Assembly: GCA_951406725.2 (NCBI GenBank)
Contig: OX597818.1
Location: 43,710,001-43,774,000 of the forward strand
Source: Octopus vulgaris
Lineage: Eukaryota
Reading direction: 5' to 3'
DNA length: 64,000 nt
This document shows, in pieces, positions 24,361-36,702 of the stretch. The position numbers were made by a program, and so were the translations under genes. Each line of letters begins with the position of its first letter. The stretch's first letter is position 1. The notes under the pieces are model-generated. The model was not told the DNA's origin. It made no database searches and was given only the letters and a program-made list of their open reading frames with translations.

Positions 24361-24833
24361 GGGAGTTTAGTCTAGATACTTGCAAGAAAGTAAATACTGC
24401 TAAAGGCACCCATGGACTAGAAAGGGTATTAAACCTGGCAGCATGATGTGCTTTCCTGAAAGTGACCTTTTATAGTCATTTGATGTATGGAAAACAATAT
24501 TTACAACTATATGACTTTCCTACAAAACATATACACATCTTCAAATGCCAAGACAATAATCACCTGCTCTCACCATTTCTCAGACACAGCTGCTTCTCAA
24601 ATAAGCAGACTAAAATTAGAACCTGTTAAATCTACGTCTCTTTTATTTGTAACACCAAAGAACATCAAAAGACTTAACATTAACACATTAAAAATAAATG
24701 GTAAAGATTATGTACACCTCAGTAGCACATATAAAAGACATAACAAAATAAAGCACAAACATAGAGCACTGACAGGCATCACATTTGGCCAACACAAGGA
24801 GAAAATACTAGCCTACATTAGGCCTATGATGAT

Positions 24834-25090
24834 GATCATCATCGTTTTACGTCCACTTTCTATGCTAGCATGGGTTGGACAGTTCGACTGGGGTCTGGGA
24901 AGCCAGGAGGCTGCACCAGGCCCAGACTAATCTGCCAGTGTTTCTACAGCTGGATGCCCTTCCTAACGCCAACCACTCCGTGAGTGTAGTGGGTGCTTTT
25001 TACGTGCCACCGGCACAGGTACCAGGCGAGGCTGGCAATGGCCACGATCGGTTGGTGCTTTTTACGTGCCACAGGCACAGAGGCCAGTCG
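24834..25090 (-). mobile_element. RTE family A 3'UTR fragment
   Basis: catcatcgttttacgtcc...ctggatgcccttcctaacgccaacc...gtgccaccggcac. Confidence 0.85.
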
Positions 25091-25358
25091 AAGCGGATGA
25101 TGATTATGCTAATCCTGCTAAGGTTTAATCTCCCAACAACAAAATACAAAGAACACAAAATGGTGCATATTGCAGCATCACATGTTACCTCCAAATTACT
25201 TGAATACAAGAAAGGAATATTTTGTTGCTGCAGTTAACTCCAATCCTTTTATTAATTATAAAAAGGCACACCTTTTTGTGATTCATTACACTAAAAATAG
25301 TTAAAAGGGTATGTTAAGAGTGGTGTACAAATAAAGGGAATAAGTTGAACAAATTTAC

Positions 25359-25469
25359 CTGGATGTTCCTTTAATTTATTCTCAACTTCTGAAACCATCA
25401 TTGAAAATCTCGTTTTGGCAATAACTGGAATATCCTTGATATCAAGCTCTGGTACAGTGGAGCCTAAAC
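25359..25469 (-). CDS. ISOC2: ISOC2-like coding exon 2
   Basis: TTTTAG|GT acceptor, (G)LGSTVPELDIKDIPVIAKTRFSMMVSEVENKLKEHP, donor CAG|GTAAAT; 111 nt, phase 1-1. Confidence 0.93.
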
Positions 25470-26791
25470 CTAAAATAACAAAACAAACTAATTAATCCTT
25501 TGCAGTATCTTGGGAGGGTCATTATACCAATAATAAACACATGCACTGGTTCTATTTCACTTCTTTATATTTTTGTTTGCCAGTGGTTAATTATTTAACC
25601 ATTCAACTAACCAACAGTTTGATTAATTGTTCAGTCAATCAATCAATTAGGTTTGTCAAAGTCCTTTCATCACCATTCATGACCTCATCAATGACATGCC
25701 TTGTCTATTCCAGATCTGTTTGTCTTCTACAATAAATCAGTACAAGGCATACTTACCCATTTTGTGACTTATAGCAATTTTGTGTGTATTTACATTTCAA
25801 CTACCAAGAAAATACAATTTTCCCCGGTTGTTTCTTTAATATAACATTTGAACTATCAGCCAAAAGATTGGCAATAATCAAGTTTATTCATTTCCAGCTC
25901 AGAAAAATTGATTTCAGATGTTAAAAAGAACAGCAATATTAGTTATATTTTCAGTAGAATTGACAAGTAATCATGCCATCATAGATTCAAATTGCTAGGC
26001 TAGACCACCAAATCATGTCAAAAATCCATCTACAATTTCTTTAACAAGAATACTGTTTAAATAATAATTATCGTGCATTACAGAACATTTTTCAGTTGAA
26101 GCATTTAGTTTCTTCTTGTTAAAATTTATGTGCAATAAATTGGTTACATATATTTCTATGATACACAAAGTATTTTAACAATTTTCTATACAATTCCTAA
26201 TAATATTTAATTATAAAAATATAATAGGATTTTTTAAACATCGAATGGCTATGAGGGTCCATCTGAGTAAAATGGGAATCAAAGGAGTCCTTAGGTAAAA
26301 AGTGGTTGAGAAACACTGGTTTAGACAAAGTGAGATGCATTATTTTAACCAGTGTTTGAAACAGGTGAGATCCATGAGGATTGAAAGTGGGAGAACGAAT
26401 TACTATGTTTAATAACTCTTAAGATTTCTTAAATAGCTATAATTCTAAGAATCAAGGGCCTACAGAAAAAAGGGAGCTAATGCAGAATTGGACCTCTCCT
26501 TGAAAAATGCATTTATAAAAAAATTTTTTCAGATTCTTTTTCAGATGTCGGAGTTACAAATACGCCAAAAAAAATTTTTTTAATTCCTCCCCACAATTTA
26601 AAATTTTGATTTTGTGTGACGAACATATGCAAACCAAAATTAACTATAGACAAAAACATTAAAGTGACAAGAATTTGCGTTTTACTTGTTTGCTTTAAAT
26701 AATCATAAATAATAATTAAATGTAAATGAAATATACACCATTTTATGAGAAACAAACATTAATATAGAACTGAATTGTTATAAAGTTTAAT

Positions 26792-26955
26792 AGGTGCAGG
26801 AGTGGCTGTGTGGTAAGTAGCTTGCTAACCAACCACATGGTTCCGGGTTCAGTCCCACTGCGTGGCATCTTGGGCAAGTGTCTTCTGCTATAGCCCCGGG
26901 CCGACCAATGCCTTGTGAGTGGATTTGGTAGACAGAAACTGAAAGAAGCCTGTCG

Positions 26956-26988
<33 letters not shown>

Positions 26989-27178
26989 TTGTCCCCTTAG
27001 GATTGCTTGACAACCGATGCTGGTGTGTTTACGTCCCCGTCACTTAGCGGTTCGGCAAAAGAGACCGATAGAATAAGTACTGGGCTTACAAAGAATAAGT
27101 CCCGGGGTCGATTTGCTCAACTAAAGGCGGTGCTCCAGCATGGCCGCAGTCAAATGACTGAAACAAGTAAAAGAGTAA
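26792..27178 (+). mobile_element. tRNA-derived SINE family B, full length
   Basis: A-box-like TGGCTGTGTGG, B-box GGGTTCAGTCCC, CORE-like cttgggcaagtg, internal (TA)n(TG)n, tail gactgaaacaagtaaaagag. Confidence 0.85.
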
Positions 27179-27750
27179 GTGGCTAAAATTTCCCCACCAC
27201 CACAATTTTAAATTTTGGACTTTTTCATCCATTTATCTGTCTGTCTATCTATTTATCCCTATCGTTTATTCTATCTATCTATCTATCACTTTATACACAT
27301 ATCTACATTCTTATTGAATTTAAAATTTTGAAAATGTGGTCTCTTGCATATTGGAAATATCTGTTTTTGTGTGTTGTGGGAAGGGGACATTGAAGTGGGC
27401 ATTTTGAATTTGGAAAAGGTGTTTTTTTAAAAAAATTTCGGAAAAAGTTCAAAATTTTAAATGGCAATTTAAAAAAAATTTCGGAGATGTACTTGCATAG
27501 CAAGTGATTTGATCTGAGATCGTGTGCTGAAACGAAAACAATTCCATTTGTCAGTGAACAGGTCGCGGTCTTAAAGCGATGAAAATATTTTGACAAATTA
27601 AACTTAAATGTTGAAGTGAATCGAATGGCTTTTGTGTGTTTCTTAAATGGCTTACAAACACCTTCCATGCTGCAATTGTTAAAAAAATTTGTTTTGGGCA
27701 TATTTGTAATCTCCGACATCTAAAATATAGGAATCTAAAAATTTTTTGTC

Positions 27751-28773
27751 ACTACTTAAATATAGAGGTCCCGATGTAATGATGTTTTCTTACAGTGCCC
27801 ACTTGTTAGGGTTAGGGTTTGTAGGCATCTAGCTTGACCCTGCCTGAGATTTGAAGCCAAATCCACCTCCTTGTTTCTTGTCAAAGCGAGCAGGAAATCT
27901 TCTCCACACCAGATGATTGATGAGGAAACACTCGATTTCCTAGGACCTGTGCTAGTCAAGGAAAGGTCAGTCCTTTCTTTAGGGTTTGACCTACATTAGT
28001 CTATATATATTTCTTTACTACCCACAAGGGGCTAAACACAGAGGGGACAAACAAGGACAAACGGATTAAGTCGATTACATCGACCCCAGTGTTTAACTGG
28101 TACTTAATTTATTGACCCCAAAAGGATGAAAGGCAAAGTCGACCTTGGCGGAATTTGAACCCAGAACGTAACGGCAGACGACATACGGCTACGCATTTCG
28201 CCCGGCGTGCTAAAAGTTTCTGCCAGCTCGCCGCCTTAACATTAGTCTACATAACAGAGAAAATTTCCTAGCTCTTCTTTTTATGTGTCAACTACGACCA
28301 AGGAGCAACACCCGCTCTTTCGTGTCAGTCAAACCAAGGAGCAACACGCTCTTTTGCGCCAGCCTTAACCAAAAGCAGCAATTTCCCTTCACTCGACATG
28401 CTAAGAGAGGCCTTTAGCTGCAAGAAAGACGATGCCGCCTTTATCCTTTCTAATCAGCATTCCTTGCTCTTTCACTCTCTACTGAGAGGCAACCTTTTTC
28501 TACATTATCAACTACTAATCAGCGAACCAACCTTGTCACTATCTCTTTAACTACCTGTCGGTCAAACGAATAAACATATGGAAATAATATTTCTTCCTTC
28601 TTGGGGTTGTTTACTGGTTATTCCGACGCGAGAACCTTGAAGCGTCACATCTATACGCTACATTCAGTAGTGGGTTACCTCATATCGAATTGATATGGCA
28701 CATCACATCCAGCCTGCTACGTGTTAGGGTTAGGGTTATGTAGATGCGTCGGGACCTCTGTATTTAAATAGTA
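27751..28773. mobile_element. Inner TIR element inserted in the right TIR of 26474-28830
   Basis: TIRs actacttaaatatagaggtcccga / tcgggacctctgtatttaaatagt; GTTAGG repeats near both ends. The interior 27820-28720 recurs inverted at ~41505-42592. Confidence 0.65.
28004..28238 (-). mobile_element. SINE family A
   Basis: Family sequence; TSD acattagtcta at 27993-28003 and 28239-28249. Confidence 0.85.
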
Positions 28774-29172
28774 CCCAATTTTTTTTTTTTTATGTATTTT
28801 TCCAAGAGAGGGGCGATTCTGCATTAGCCCTGAGAAAAGAATTATATGAAAGCAAACTTTATTTTGTCTTCTCATTATTAAAGAGATGGTAAAAAAAATT
28901 TCACTAATATCTTTTTTGTTTGACTTACTTTCGTTAGTTCGAGAATCACTAAATCAAATAACATCGCAAACAACTCAATAACTTTACCTGGGCAAGACTT
29001 CCTTTCCCTTTCCCTGTTACACCTATACTAATTAGCTTGTTTTTAATCAATGTTGCGTGTGAAACAGCATTAAATGGTCAATATACAGCAATTTTCAGAT
29101 AAATCCAACCTTAATTTATTATCTATAAGTTGTGGCTCTCTCTTTCAAAACGGTAGGATGTAATTCGAAGTA

Positions 29173-29894
29173 CCGTAAATCCTCGAGTATAGTCCGCCCT
29201 TGAGTATAATACGCAGGGGATTTTTAGGGGGCTGTACCTCTGAAAAACCTAAACCTTGTGTGTAATACGCACCCCTTCTCTATCTTGAGTCAAGGAGGTC
29301 TATATAACGTCCCTGGTTTGTAAAAATGTATATGGTAACGTCCTTTATTACTATTGTATATATAACATAATGTAAACGTGTAGCTTTTTTGTGCATTTTG
29401 TTTGCAGAAAATAAAGAAATAACTAATAACGTTTAATAAATGTTGCTTGCTGCAAGTTATGGATGATTCTTTTATGACTTCATTGCTTTCAGGCTTAGCT
29501 TAAGGTATTTTCGCGCCCGACATCACAAAATGTGTCTGAATAAACATTGCCGGACAGCAAATAGAGACTCGGACATTGCTTAGAAAATAATTTGGCAATC
29601 TTTCGTCTCTAGTAGACCTTTCCGTGGATTTCCGTAAAAAATTTATTTTTTTTTACATATGGGCTTGCGGGAACTTTTGAAGTAATGAGAGCGAAAGAGA
29701 CTAAGAGAAAGCGATTGTATGACGAGGGAAGTTCTTTTGAAGTTATCGTGCATGGGAGCATTGCTGTACATGTGTGTGTGTGTTTGATGGGGTGTGGGAG
29801 ACAGACAGTATGTTGTGTAATCGACGGAAAGGTCTACTAGAGACGAAAGATCGCCCTTGGGGAAAAAATGCGGATTATACTCGAGGATTTACGG
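29173..29894. mobile_element. Tc1/mariner-superfamily (pogo/Tc2-like) MITE
   Basis: 25-bp TIRs CCGTAAATCCTCGAGTATAGTCCGC / GCGGATTATACTCGAGGATTTACGG flanked by TA on both sides. Confidence 0.85.
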
Positions 29895-30273
29895 TAGATT
29901 TGTTTGCTATAGCTAGCCGGTCGAGGGACTTTCTATTTACTATTCAACGGCTCCAAAACATCTATTTTATAACGATTTCTTACAACGCCTAAAATTTGGA
30001 GGAAGGTGATAGTCGAATTAATATAAACCCCATTTCTTGCCTAGTGCTTTATTTTTATTTTATCGACTTCATTGAATTGTTTGCTCGATAAACTCACATA
30101 TTGATACATCAACAAATTTACGTAATAGGGTCGGATGAACTTCGAACTTTTTCTTAAATTATAGTAAAGTTCCCCGAAGTAGAGAGCCCAGTACTTGATA
30201 TGTCAGTTGGCAAGCTTAAATCAGGGCCTTGTAATTATTAAAGCGTAACAAAACTCACTGAAAACATATATAT

Positions 30274-30409
30274 ATTTCTTTATTACCCACAAGGGGCTAA
30301 ACATAGAGGGGACAAACAAGGACAGACATAGGTATTAAGTCGATTACATCGATCCCTCAGCATACAACTGGTACTTAATATATCGACCCCGAAAGGATGA
30401 AAGGCAAAC
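30274..30409 (-). mobile_element. Truncated SINE family A
   Basis: cccacaaggggctaaacatagaggggacaaacaagg...cgaaaggatgaaaggcaaa. Confidence 0.75.
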
Positions 30410-30746
30410 TGTGCAATCCCACCTCATATCGAAGGATCACCGTAACCTGAATATAATTATTTCCGTATATTTTTTTAGTTCAGATGTACCGCCCAATTCT
30501 AAAAACAATATGTGTACCACAAATGAAAAAAGGTTGCGAAGCACCGGTTTATACTATTGTTATACTCAGTAACCTTCAATGTGTACGAATAACTTATCGT
30601 TCAATGTGTATAATTTATCAAAGAAACATACATCAAACAAAAACTACATTCCTTGAATAAAAACAATCTGTGTTTTATAGTAATTTTTTACAATTCAGCA
30701 AGTGAAATATTACGAGGAAACTGCTAAGGAGAAAATTCACACTAAC

Positions 30747-30930
30747 CTTTAGGATATTGCTCGGTCACTATAATAGGCATATCGAGAATCTTCGCAGCAC
30801 TTAACATTCTTGCAGATACTTCCACTATCTGAGGAAAATATTGAATAGTTGGTCTAAACTTTTCCTGCATATCACACAGGAAAAGTATAGATCTATTAAA
30901 CAAAAGTTTACCAAGACGATTACAAGCCAT
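30747..30930 (-). CDS. ISOC2: ISOC2-like coding exon 1 (spliced CDS 603 nt, 200 aa)
   Basis: ATG at 30930, [36 protein letters not shown]...IIVTEQYPK, donor AAG|GTTAGT. The [10 protein letters not shown] and TEQYP motifs and the ~200-aa length fit ISOC2 rather than the longer ISOC1. Confidence 0.92.
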
Positions 30931-30960
30931 TCTTGCCACTGAGATGGTATTAATTTGGAG

Positions 30961-31033
30961 TTACTTCCCCCTGAAGGCTGTAATATGTATTGAGGACGAT
31001 GCGACTAATTATTTTATCTTTAACTGATTGGTT
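30961..31033 (-). promoter_or_regulatory. Putative ISOC2 proximal promoter (ETS-like GGAAGT; CCAAT box)
   Basis: Minus strand has GGGGAAGTAA at 30970-30961 and AACCAATCAG at 31033-31024, just upstream of the ATG. Confidence 0.4.
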
Positions 31034-31255
31034 AAATGTATTTCTTTTCTTTTTAAAAGAGAAATACACAACTTTCTTTGTTCTTATCTACAGGTATTTT
31101 GATACACCTCTGAACAGTTAGATAGCATACAATTTATTAGATTTTCACAGAAATATGGTAGTTTATAATGTTTCATCCCAGGGAAGACTCACCTGTTTGA
31201 CAAAAATTGGAGTTAATGTACCATATGCCTGTATGAAATTTAACTTATATATATA

Positions 31256-32119
31256 TCATAATCATCATCATTTTACGTCCGCTTTCCATACTGACATGGA
31301 TTGGACGGTTTGATTGAGGACTGGTGAGTTAGGCTACACCATATGATCTAGCAAAGTTTCTACAGCTAGATGCCCTTCCTACCGCCAACCACTCCGAGAA
31401 TGTAGTGGGTGCTATTACGTACCACTGGCACGAGGGCCAGTCATGCGGTTCTGGCAATGATCATGCTCAAAAGGTGTTTCTACGTGCTACCTGCACGGGA
31501 ACCAGTCCGGCGGCACTGGCAACGACCATGCTCGAATGTTGTTTTTCAGGTGTCACTGGCATGGGAGCCAATCCGTGGACCTGGCAACAATCACGCTCGG
31601 ATGTGCTTTTAACGTTCTATTGGCATGAGTGCCAATGAGGCAGTACTGTTATCAGCCACGTCGGCGATTTTGATTTGTTTACACTTGCCTCAATAGGTCT
31701 TCACAAGCAAAGTTTATTTTCCAATGTATGAGGGTTATTCATAAATGGGCTGGTTATACCCACTGGCATAGGCCAAGGGCTATGGTCTCATTAGGCTTGT
31801 TGGGTCTTCTCAAGCACTGCAGATCTCCAAAGGTCCCGGTTGCTCGTCATTGCCTCAGTAAGGCCCAATGTTTGAAGGTCATGCTTCACCCCCTCATCTC
31901 AGGTTTTCCTGGGTCTACCTCTTCCACAGGTTCCCTCAACTGCTAGGGTGTAACACTTTTTCACACAGTTGTCCTCATTCATTTGCAACACATGACCATA
32001 CCAGCACAGTCGTCTCTCTTGCACACCACATCTGATGCTTCTTAAATCCAACTTTTCTCTCAGGGCGCTTACACTCTGTCATATATGCACACTGACATTA
32101 CATATTCAGCGGAGCATAC
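31256..32119 (-). mobile_element. 5'-truncated RTE family A copy
   Basis: (CAT)n tail, tandem 3'UTR units and C-terminal coding remnant homologous to 1464-1765. Confidence 0.85.
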
Positions 32120-32594
32120 TATTTATTATTTTAATTGAACGCTATGCATCCATTTCCAAGTAAGTATATTCAAAGACCCTCCCTGGTGAAGAATGTACCC
32201 CACAACATAGACTAGTTATTAGTGACTTTAGACTCAAGGCCAGAAGGATATCAAAAACTAGACCAATCTGGAAAAGAAGGAGTTGGAAGCTTAGGAACTC
32301 TTCACATGGTTAGAGATTTTGGGATATCCTTATTGAGAAATTTGATGATAGGGAGGAGGAGCTACAGTCCTATGACATAGACGGCAGCTGGGAATTCCTG
32401 TGAGACAGCTTGCTGAGTGCCACAGACCAAATCTGTGGCTGGTGCAAAGTCCCTTCCAAACATAGGGTAACGTGGTGGTAGAACAATACAATAGAGAGAG
32501 CCATTAGAGCAAAAAAAAAACAGGCTTGGGGTGCCTGGAAGAGTGGGGGTAGCAGGAGAATGTATCAAATAGCCAAAAGGGAAGCTAAGAGACA

Positions 32595-33149
32595 GGTATA
32601 TATGGCCAAGTAGCAGAAAAGAAGAAGTTTGGTGATGTTCAGTGATATGAGAACCAGAGAACTGAAGTATTTCAGATTGCAAGACAGTGTGTGAGAGAAA
32701 ACCATGATGTCATAGGAGAGAAATGTGTCCGCATGGATGATGGTGCTCATGCTTTTAATGATTCTGCAAAGAAAAAGGCACGGAGAAGCCATTATGAAAG
32801 ACTGCTGAATGTGGAGAATGAATGGGAAGAGGTGAGTCTGCCAAAGGTTGACCCAACTGAAGGACCAGGTAGATAAAGCAATTAAGGATATAAAGACAGG
32901 GAAAGCACCTGGTCCATCAGGAATCACTGCTGGGATGCTTAAAATATTTGGCAGTGTGGGTTTTAGTCTAGTCTCTTGTATTGTAAATCAGGTGGTTCAT
33001 GAAGGAGTCATAATCAATGACTGGTGCAGCAGCACCATAATCAACTGCTATCAAGGTAAAGGTGATGCTTTAGATAGAAATAAATACAGAGGTATTAAAT
33101 TGTTGGATTAGGTGATGAAAGTTATGGAGAGAGTCATAGCTCAACTAAT

Positions 33150-33184
<35 letters not shown>

Positions 33185-34903
33185 AGTCTAGATGAGATGC
33201 AGTTTGGTTTTGTGCCAGGTAGAAGCACCACTGAGGCTATATTTCTGGTAAGGCAACTGCAGGAGAAATACCTAGCCAAAGATAAAACACTATACTTGGC
33301 TTCTGTTGACTTATAGAAAGCCTTTGCCAGCGTCCCCCAATCCCTTATCTGGTGGCCAATGCCAAACTAGGGATAGACGAGTGGTTGGTGAGAGATGTGC
33401 TTTTACAGGCACACTACCAGTAAGGTGAGTGTTGGCAATGAGTACAGTGAAGAATTCAGAGTACAAGTAGGGGTTCACCAAAGATCGGTGCTCAGACCCT
33501 TCTTGTTCATCAGAGTCCTCCAGGCAATAATAGAGGAATTCAAGACAGGCTGCCCCTGGGAGCTCCTCTATGCTGATGACCTTACTCTTATAGCTGAATC
33601 TTATAGCTGAATCACTGCCAGAACTGGAGATGAAGTTTATAGTATGGAAGCAAGGTCTAGAATTGAAGGGCCTTAGGGTTAACCTAGCCAAAGTTAAGTA
33701 GTAAGGCTGTTAAATCACCTCCCACTTCAGGTAGATGTCCCTGCTCGATCTGTAGAAAAGGCATGGGTAGAGACTCCATACGATGTACTCGGTGTAAGTT
33801 ATGGACACGTAAGAGGTGCAGCAATATCAAAGGAAGGTTAATGGGGAAAATAGTTTTCGTGTGTGGTAGATGCACAGGGGTAATAAACACTGAAGATGTT
33901 CAGAAAACAGATTCCATCACATGCCAGGGGGAGAAACTAGAAGTAATTAATAGCTTCTGCTACCTTGGCGACAAAGTCTGTAGTAGGGGCGGTTGCTCTG
34001 AGAATGTAATGACTAGAGTAAGGATAGCCTGGGCAAAGTTCAAAGAGCCTCTGCTAGCAACTAAGGGCCTCCAGCTCAGAGTGAAAGGTAAACTGTGTGA
34101 TGCATGTGTACGAACTGCCATGCTAAACGGCAGTGAAACATGGGTCATGACTGCTGAGGATGTGTAGGCTTGAAAGAAATGAAGCTAGTATGATCCGCTG
34201 GATGCATAATGTCAGTGTGCAAAGACGACGGAGTGTAAGTGCCCTGAGAGAAATGTTGGACATAAGAAGCATCAAATGTGGTGTGCAAAAGAGGCAACTG
34301 TGCTGGTATGGCTATGTGCTATGTGTGAATAAAGACAGCTGTGTGAGGAAGTGCCACTCCCTAAATATAGAAGGAACCTGTGGAAGAGGTAGACCTAGGA
34401 AGACATAGGATGAGGTGGTGAAGCATGACCTTCGAATATTAGGCCTCACAGATGCAATGACAGGAGACCAGGACCTTTAGAGATATGCTATGATTGAGAA
34501 GACCTGGCAACTAAAGTGAGATCACAGCCACGCATGCCTGGCCCTGTTAAGAATACCCCTGATATGTTGGGCAATATGATATGCTTGAGAAGAGCTGTTG
34601 AGTCAAGTAAAACCAAAATCGTAGCTGGGGCTGGTGCCCCCTGACTGGCTCCTACGGCATGTAAAAAGCACCATCTGAATGTGATTGTTACCAGGTCTGC
34701 ATGACTGCCTCCTGTGCCAGTAGCATGTAAAAAGCACACACTACATTCTCAGAGTGATTGGTGTTAGGAAGGGCATCCAGCTGTAGAAACCTTGCCAGAT
34801 CAGATTGGAACCTGGTGCAGCCGCTGGCTCTCCAGACCTCAATCAAATCGTCCAGCCCATGCCAGCATGGAAAACAGACGTTAATCAATGATGATGATGA
34901 TGA
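32595..34903 (+). mobile_element. Longest RTE family A copy (RT domain to 3' tail), pseudogenised
   Basis: GKAPGPSGI, YRGIKLL, QFGFVPG, GVHQ.SVL.P, ELLYADD (33569-33580), Cys-rich insert, FCYLGD, GSETW, WYGYV, GRGRPRKT. Contains stops/frameshifts, a (GA)n expansion at 33151-33182 and a (GAT)n tail. Confidence 0.92.
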
Positions 34904-35714
34904 TATGTTGTCATTCATTTCAGAAAACAATCTGCCTCGTGTGTTTATTTTTCTCTATCGATATGTTTTAGAAGGGTTTGAAAATGAACAGCTGAAAGAT
35001 TAATCTTTAATGAGTATGTCACAAACTTTTGTGGATCTGTGCCCCCTTTCATGGAGTGGCATTTTACCCTATCTCATATTTTTGCTTTCAAGAATTTTTA
35101 TCAAACACGCTAATTTTTGTACAGTGATCTGATATTATTCACATTTTCTTTTATTATCTCATTTGGTATGTATCGCTTTTAAGATATTCATTTATCCTAG
35201 TGACCCAAATGTTAAATCTTTATGGAAATTACTTAAGAAGGCAAAAACTTATATAACGAAATCATCAGTCATGCTTCTGCTCACTGATAACACGATATCT
35301 TATTCAAATGTTAATCTCATCAAAGATTTTGAAAAAATATAAGCAGTGTACTTAGTTTACTCTTTAAGAAAAATCACGACACATCTAAAACACAACACCT
35401 CTATTACATTTGCTGCCCTTTTGTGAGCTCATACCTACCCCCATCAATTGGGGTTCTACCATTGTAAGATTTGAGTAGTGCATATTTTCAGATGGCTATA
35501 CGAAGACACAGCAGTTTACTTTACTCACAATGCAGCATGTAGTACCTAGCAAAGAAACTTAATTTCTGATATTTCAATTATCGCTATCTTAACTTTTCAG
35601 TCATTATCTCTTCTTTCAGAAACATTCTTTCACACTAAGAGTTTATATCGTTTTTTTTAGAAAAACAAATCTGGAGAAGAAGCACATTCTAAAAAGTAGA
35701 GCAGTCTTTATTAA

Positions 35715-35895
35715 TTACTAGTGAAGGCCAGTTTATAGGAATACCCTGGGTTTCTTTATGGTGTATCTTCAGACCCTAAGACCTATTTTAAAGGGACCAT
35801 AGGCCAACGGGTTTTAGGGTCTGAAGATACGCCATAAAGGTACCCTTGATTATAAGAAACCCAAGGTAATCCTACAAACTGACTTTCACCAGTAA
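35715..35895. mobile_element. Small fold-back element with hammerhead-like motifs in both arms (35736-35778 on -, 35815-35874 on +)
   Basis: ttactagtgaaggccagttt...cttcagaccctaa is inverted with ttagggtctgaag...aaactgactttcaccagtaa. Right arm reads UAGGGU-CUGAAGA-(28 nt)-GAAA-CCCAAGG-UA-AUCCUA. Confidence 0.6.
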
Positions 35896-36206
35896 AAAAA
35901 AAAAAAAAGAAATAACTATATAAGAGTCAAGGATCAAGGCGTAGAAAGAAAATTAGCTTCAAGCAATCCGTAGTGACTATAAAAAACAATTTTCAGGAAC
36001 AATAGTGGTTTATTGAAGTGAAAGGTTGTGGAATATATTGTATTGAAGTGTGATAAGCTGAAATAAATTCTTTTTATAATTCATGGTAGGCAAGCAGGGT
36101 TGCCAGGTATGTGAATAAGAATACAAGAGTTAAGGAATGGAGTATATCTTATCTACTCAATTCCTTAACTCTTGTGCGAGTGTGTGTGTATGTGTGTATA
36201 TATATA

Positions 36207-36532
36207 TCATCATCATCATCATCATCATCATCATTATCATCGCTTAGCGTCCGCTTTCCATGCTAGCATGGGTTGGGCGGTTCAACTGGAGTCTGTGAAG
36301 CCAGAAGGCTGCATCAGGCCCAGTCTGATCTGGCAGTGTTTCTACAGCTGGATGCCCTTCCTAATGCCAACCACTCCGTGAGTGTAGTGGGTGCTTTTTA
36401 CGTGCCACCCACACAGGTGCCAGACGGAGCTGGCAAACGGCCACGGACGGATGGTGCTTTTTATGTGCCACCGGCACGGGGGCCAGGCAAGGCTGGCAAT
36501 GGCCACGATCGGATGGTGCTTTTAACGTGCCA
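36207..36532 (-). mobile_element. RTE family A 3'UTR fragment
   Basis: Long (CAT)n, palindrome and tandem units; near-identical to 914-1150. Confidence 0.85.
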
Positions 36533-36702
36533 TATATGATATGATTTTCAACAAGTAATATAGCACTTGATCAGTTAAGAGAGTAATGATATTATAATAT
36601 ATATATATAAAATTTAAAATAGGATAAATTCTTTATAAGAATTTATCAAGTAGTCAGCATGAAAACCTTCTAAGGGGAAAATTTATAATTATTCCCTTTA
36701 AA

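Larger units (their letters stand above)
26474..28830. mobile_element. Non-autonomous DNA transposon with long TIRs, hosting nested insertions
   Basis: Left GAGCTAATGCAGAATTGGACCTCTC...CAGATGTCGGAGTTACAAATACGCC. The right TIR is split between ~27680-27745 (ggcatatttgtaatctccgacatct) and 28775-28830 (gagaggggcgattctgcattagccc). Confidence 0.7.

Noticed and set aside
26792-26870. tRNA gene (A/B boxes), likewise at the SINE-A heads
   Set aside because: No complete cloverleaf; the sequence continues into multi-copy SINE bodies.
30931-30939. GTG start and TAG stop given by the ORF track for 30742-30939
   Set aside because: Eukaryotic gene: the ATG at 30930 is the likely start, and the ORF is spliced at 30747 before the TAG.
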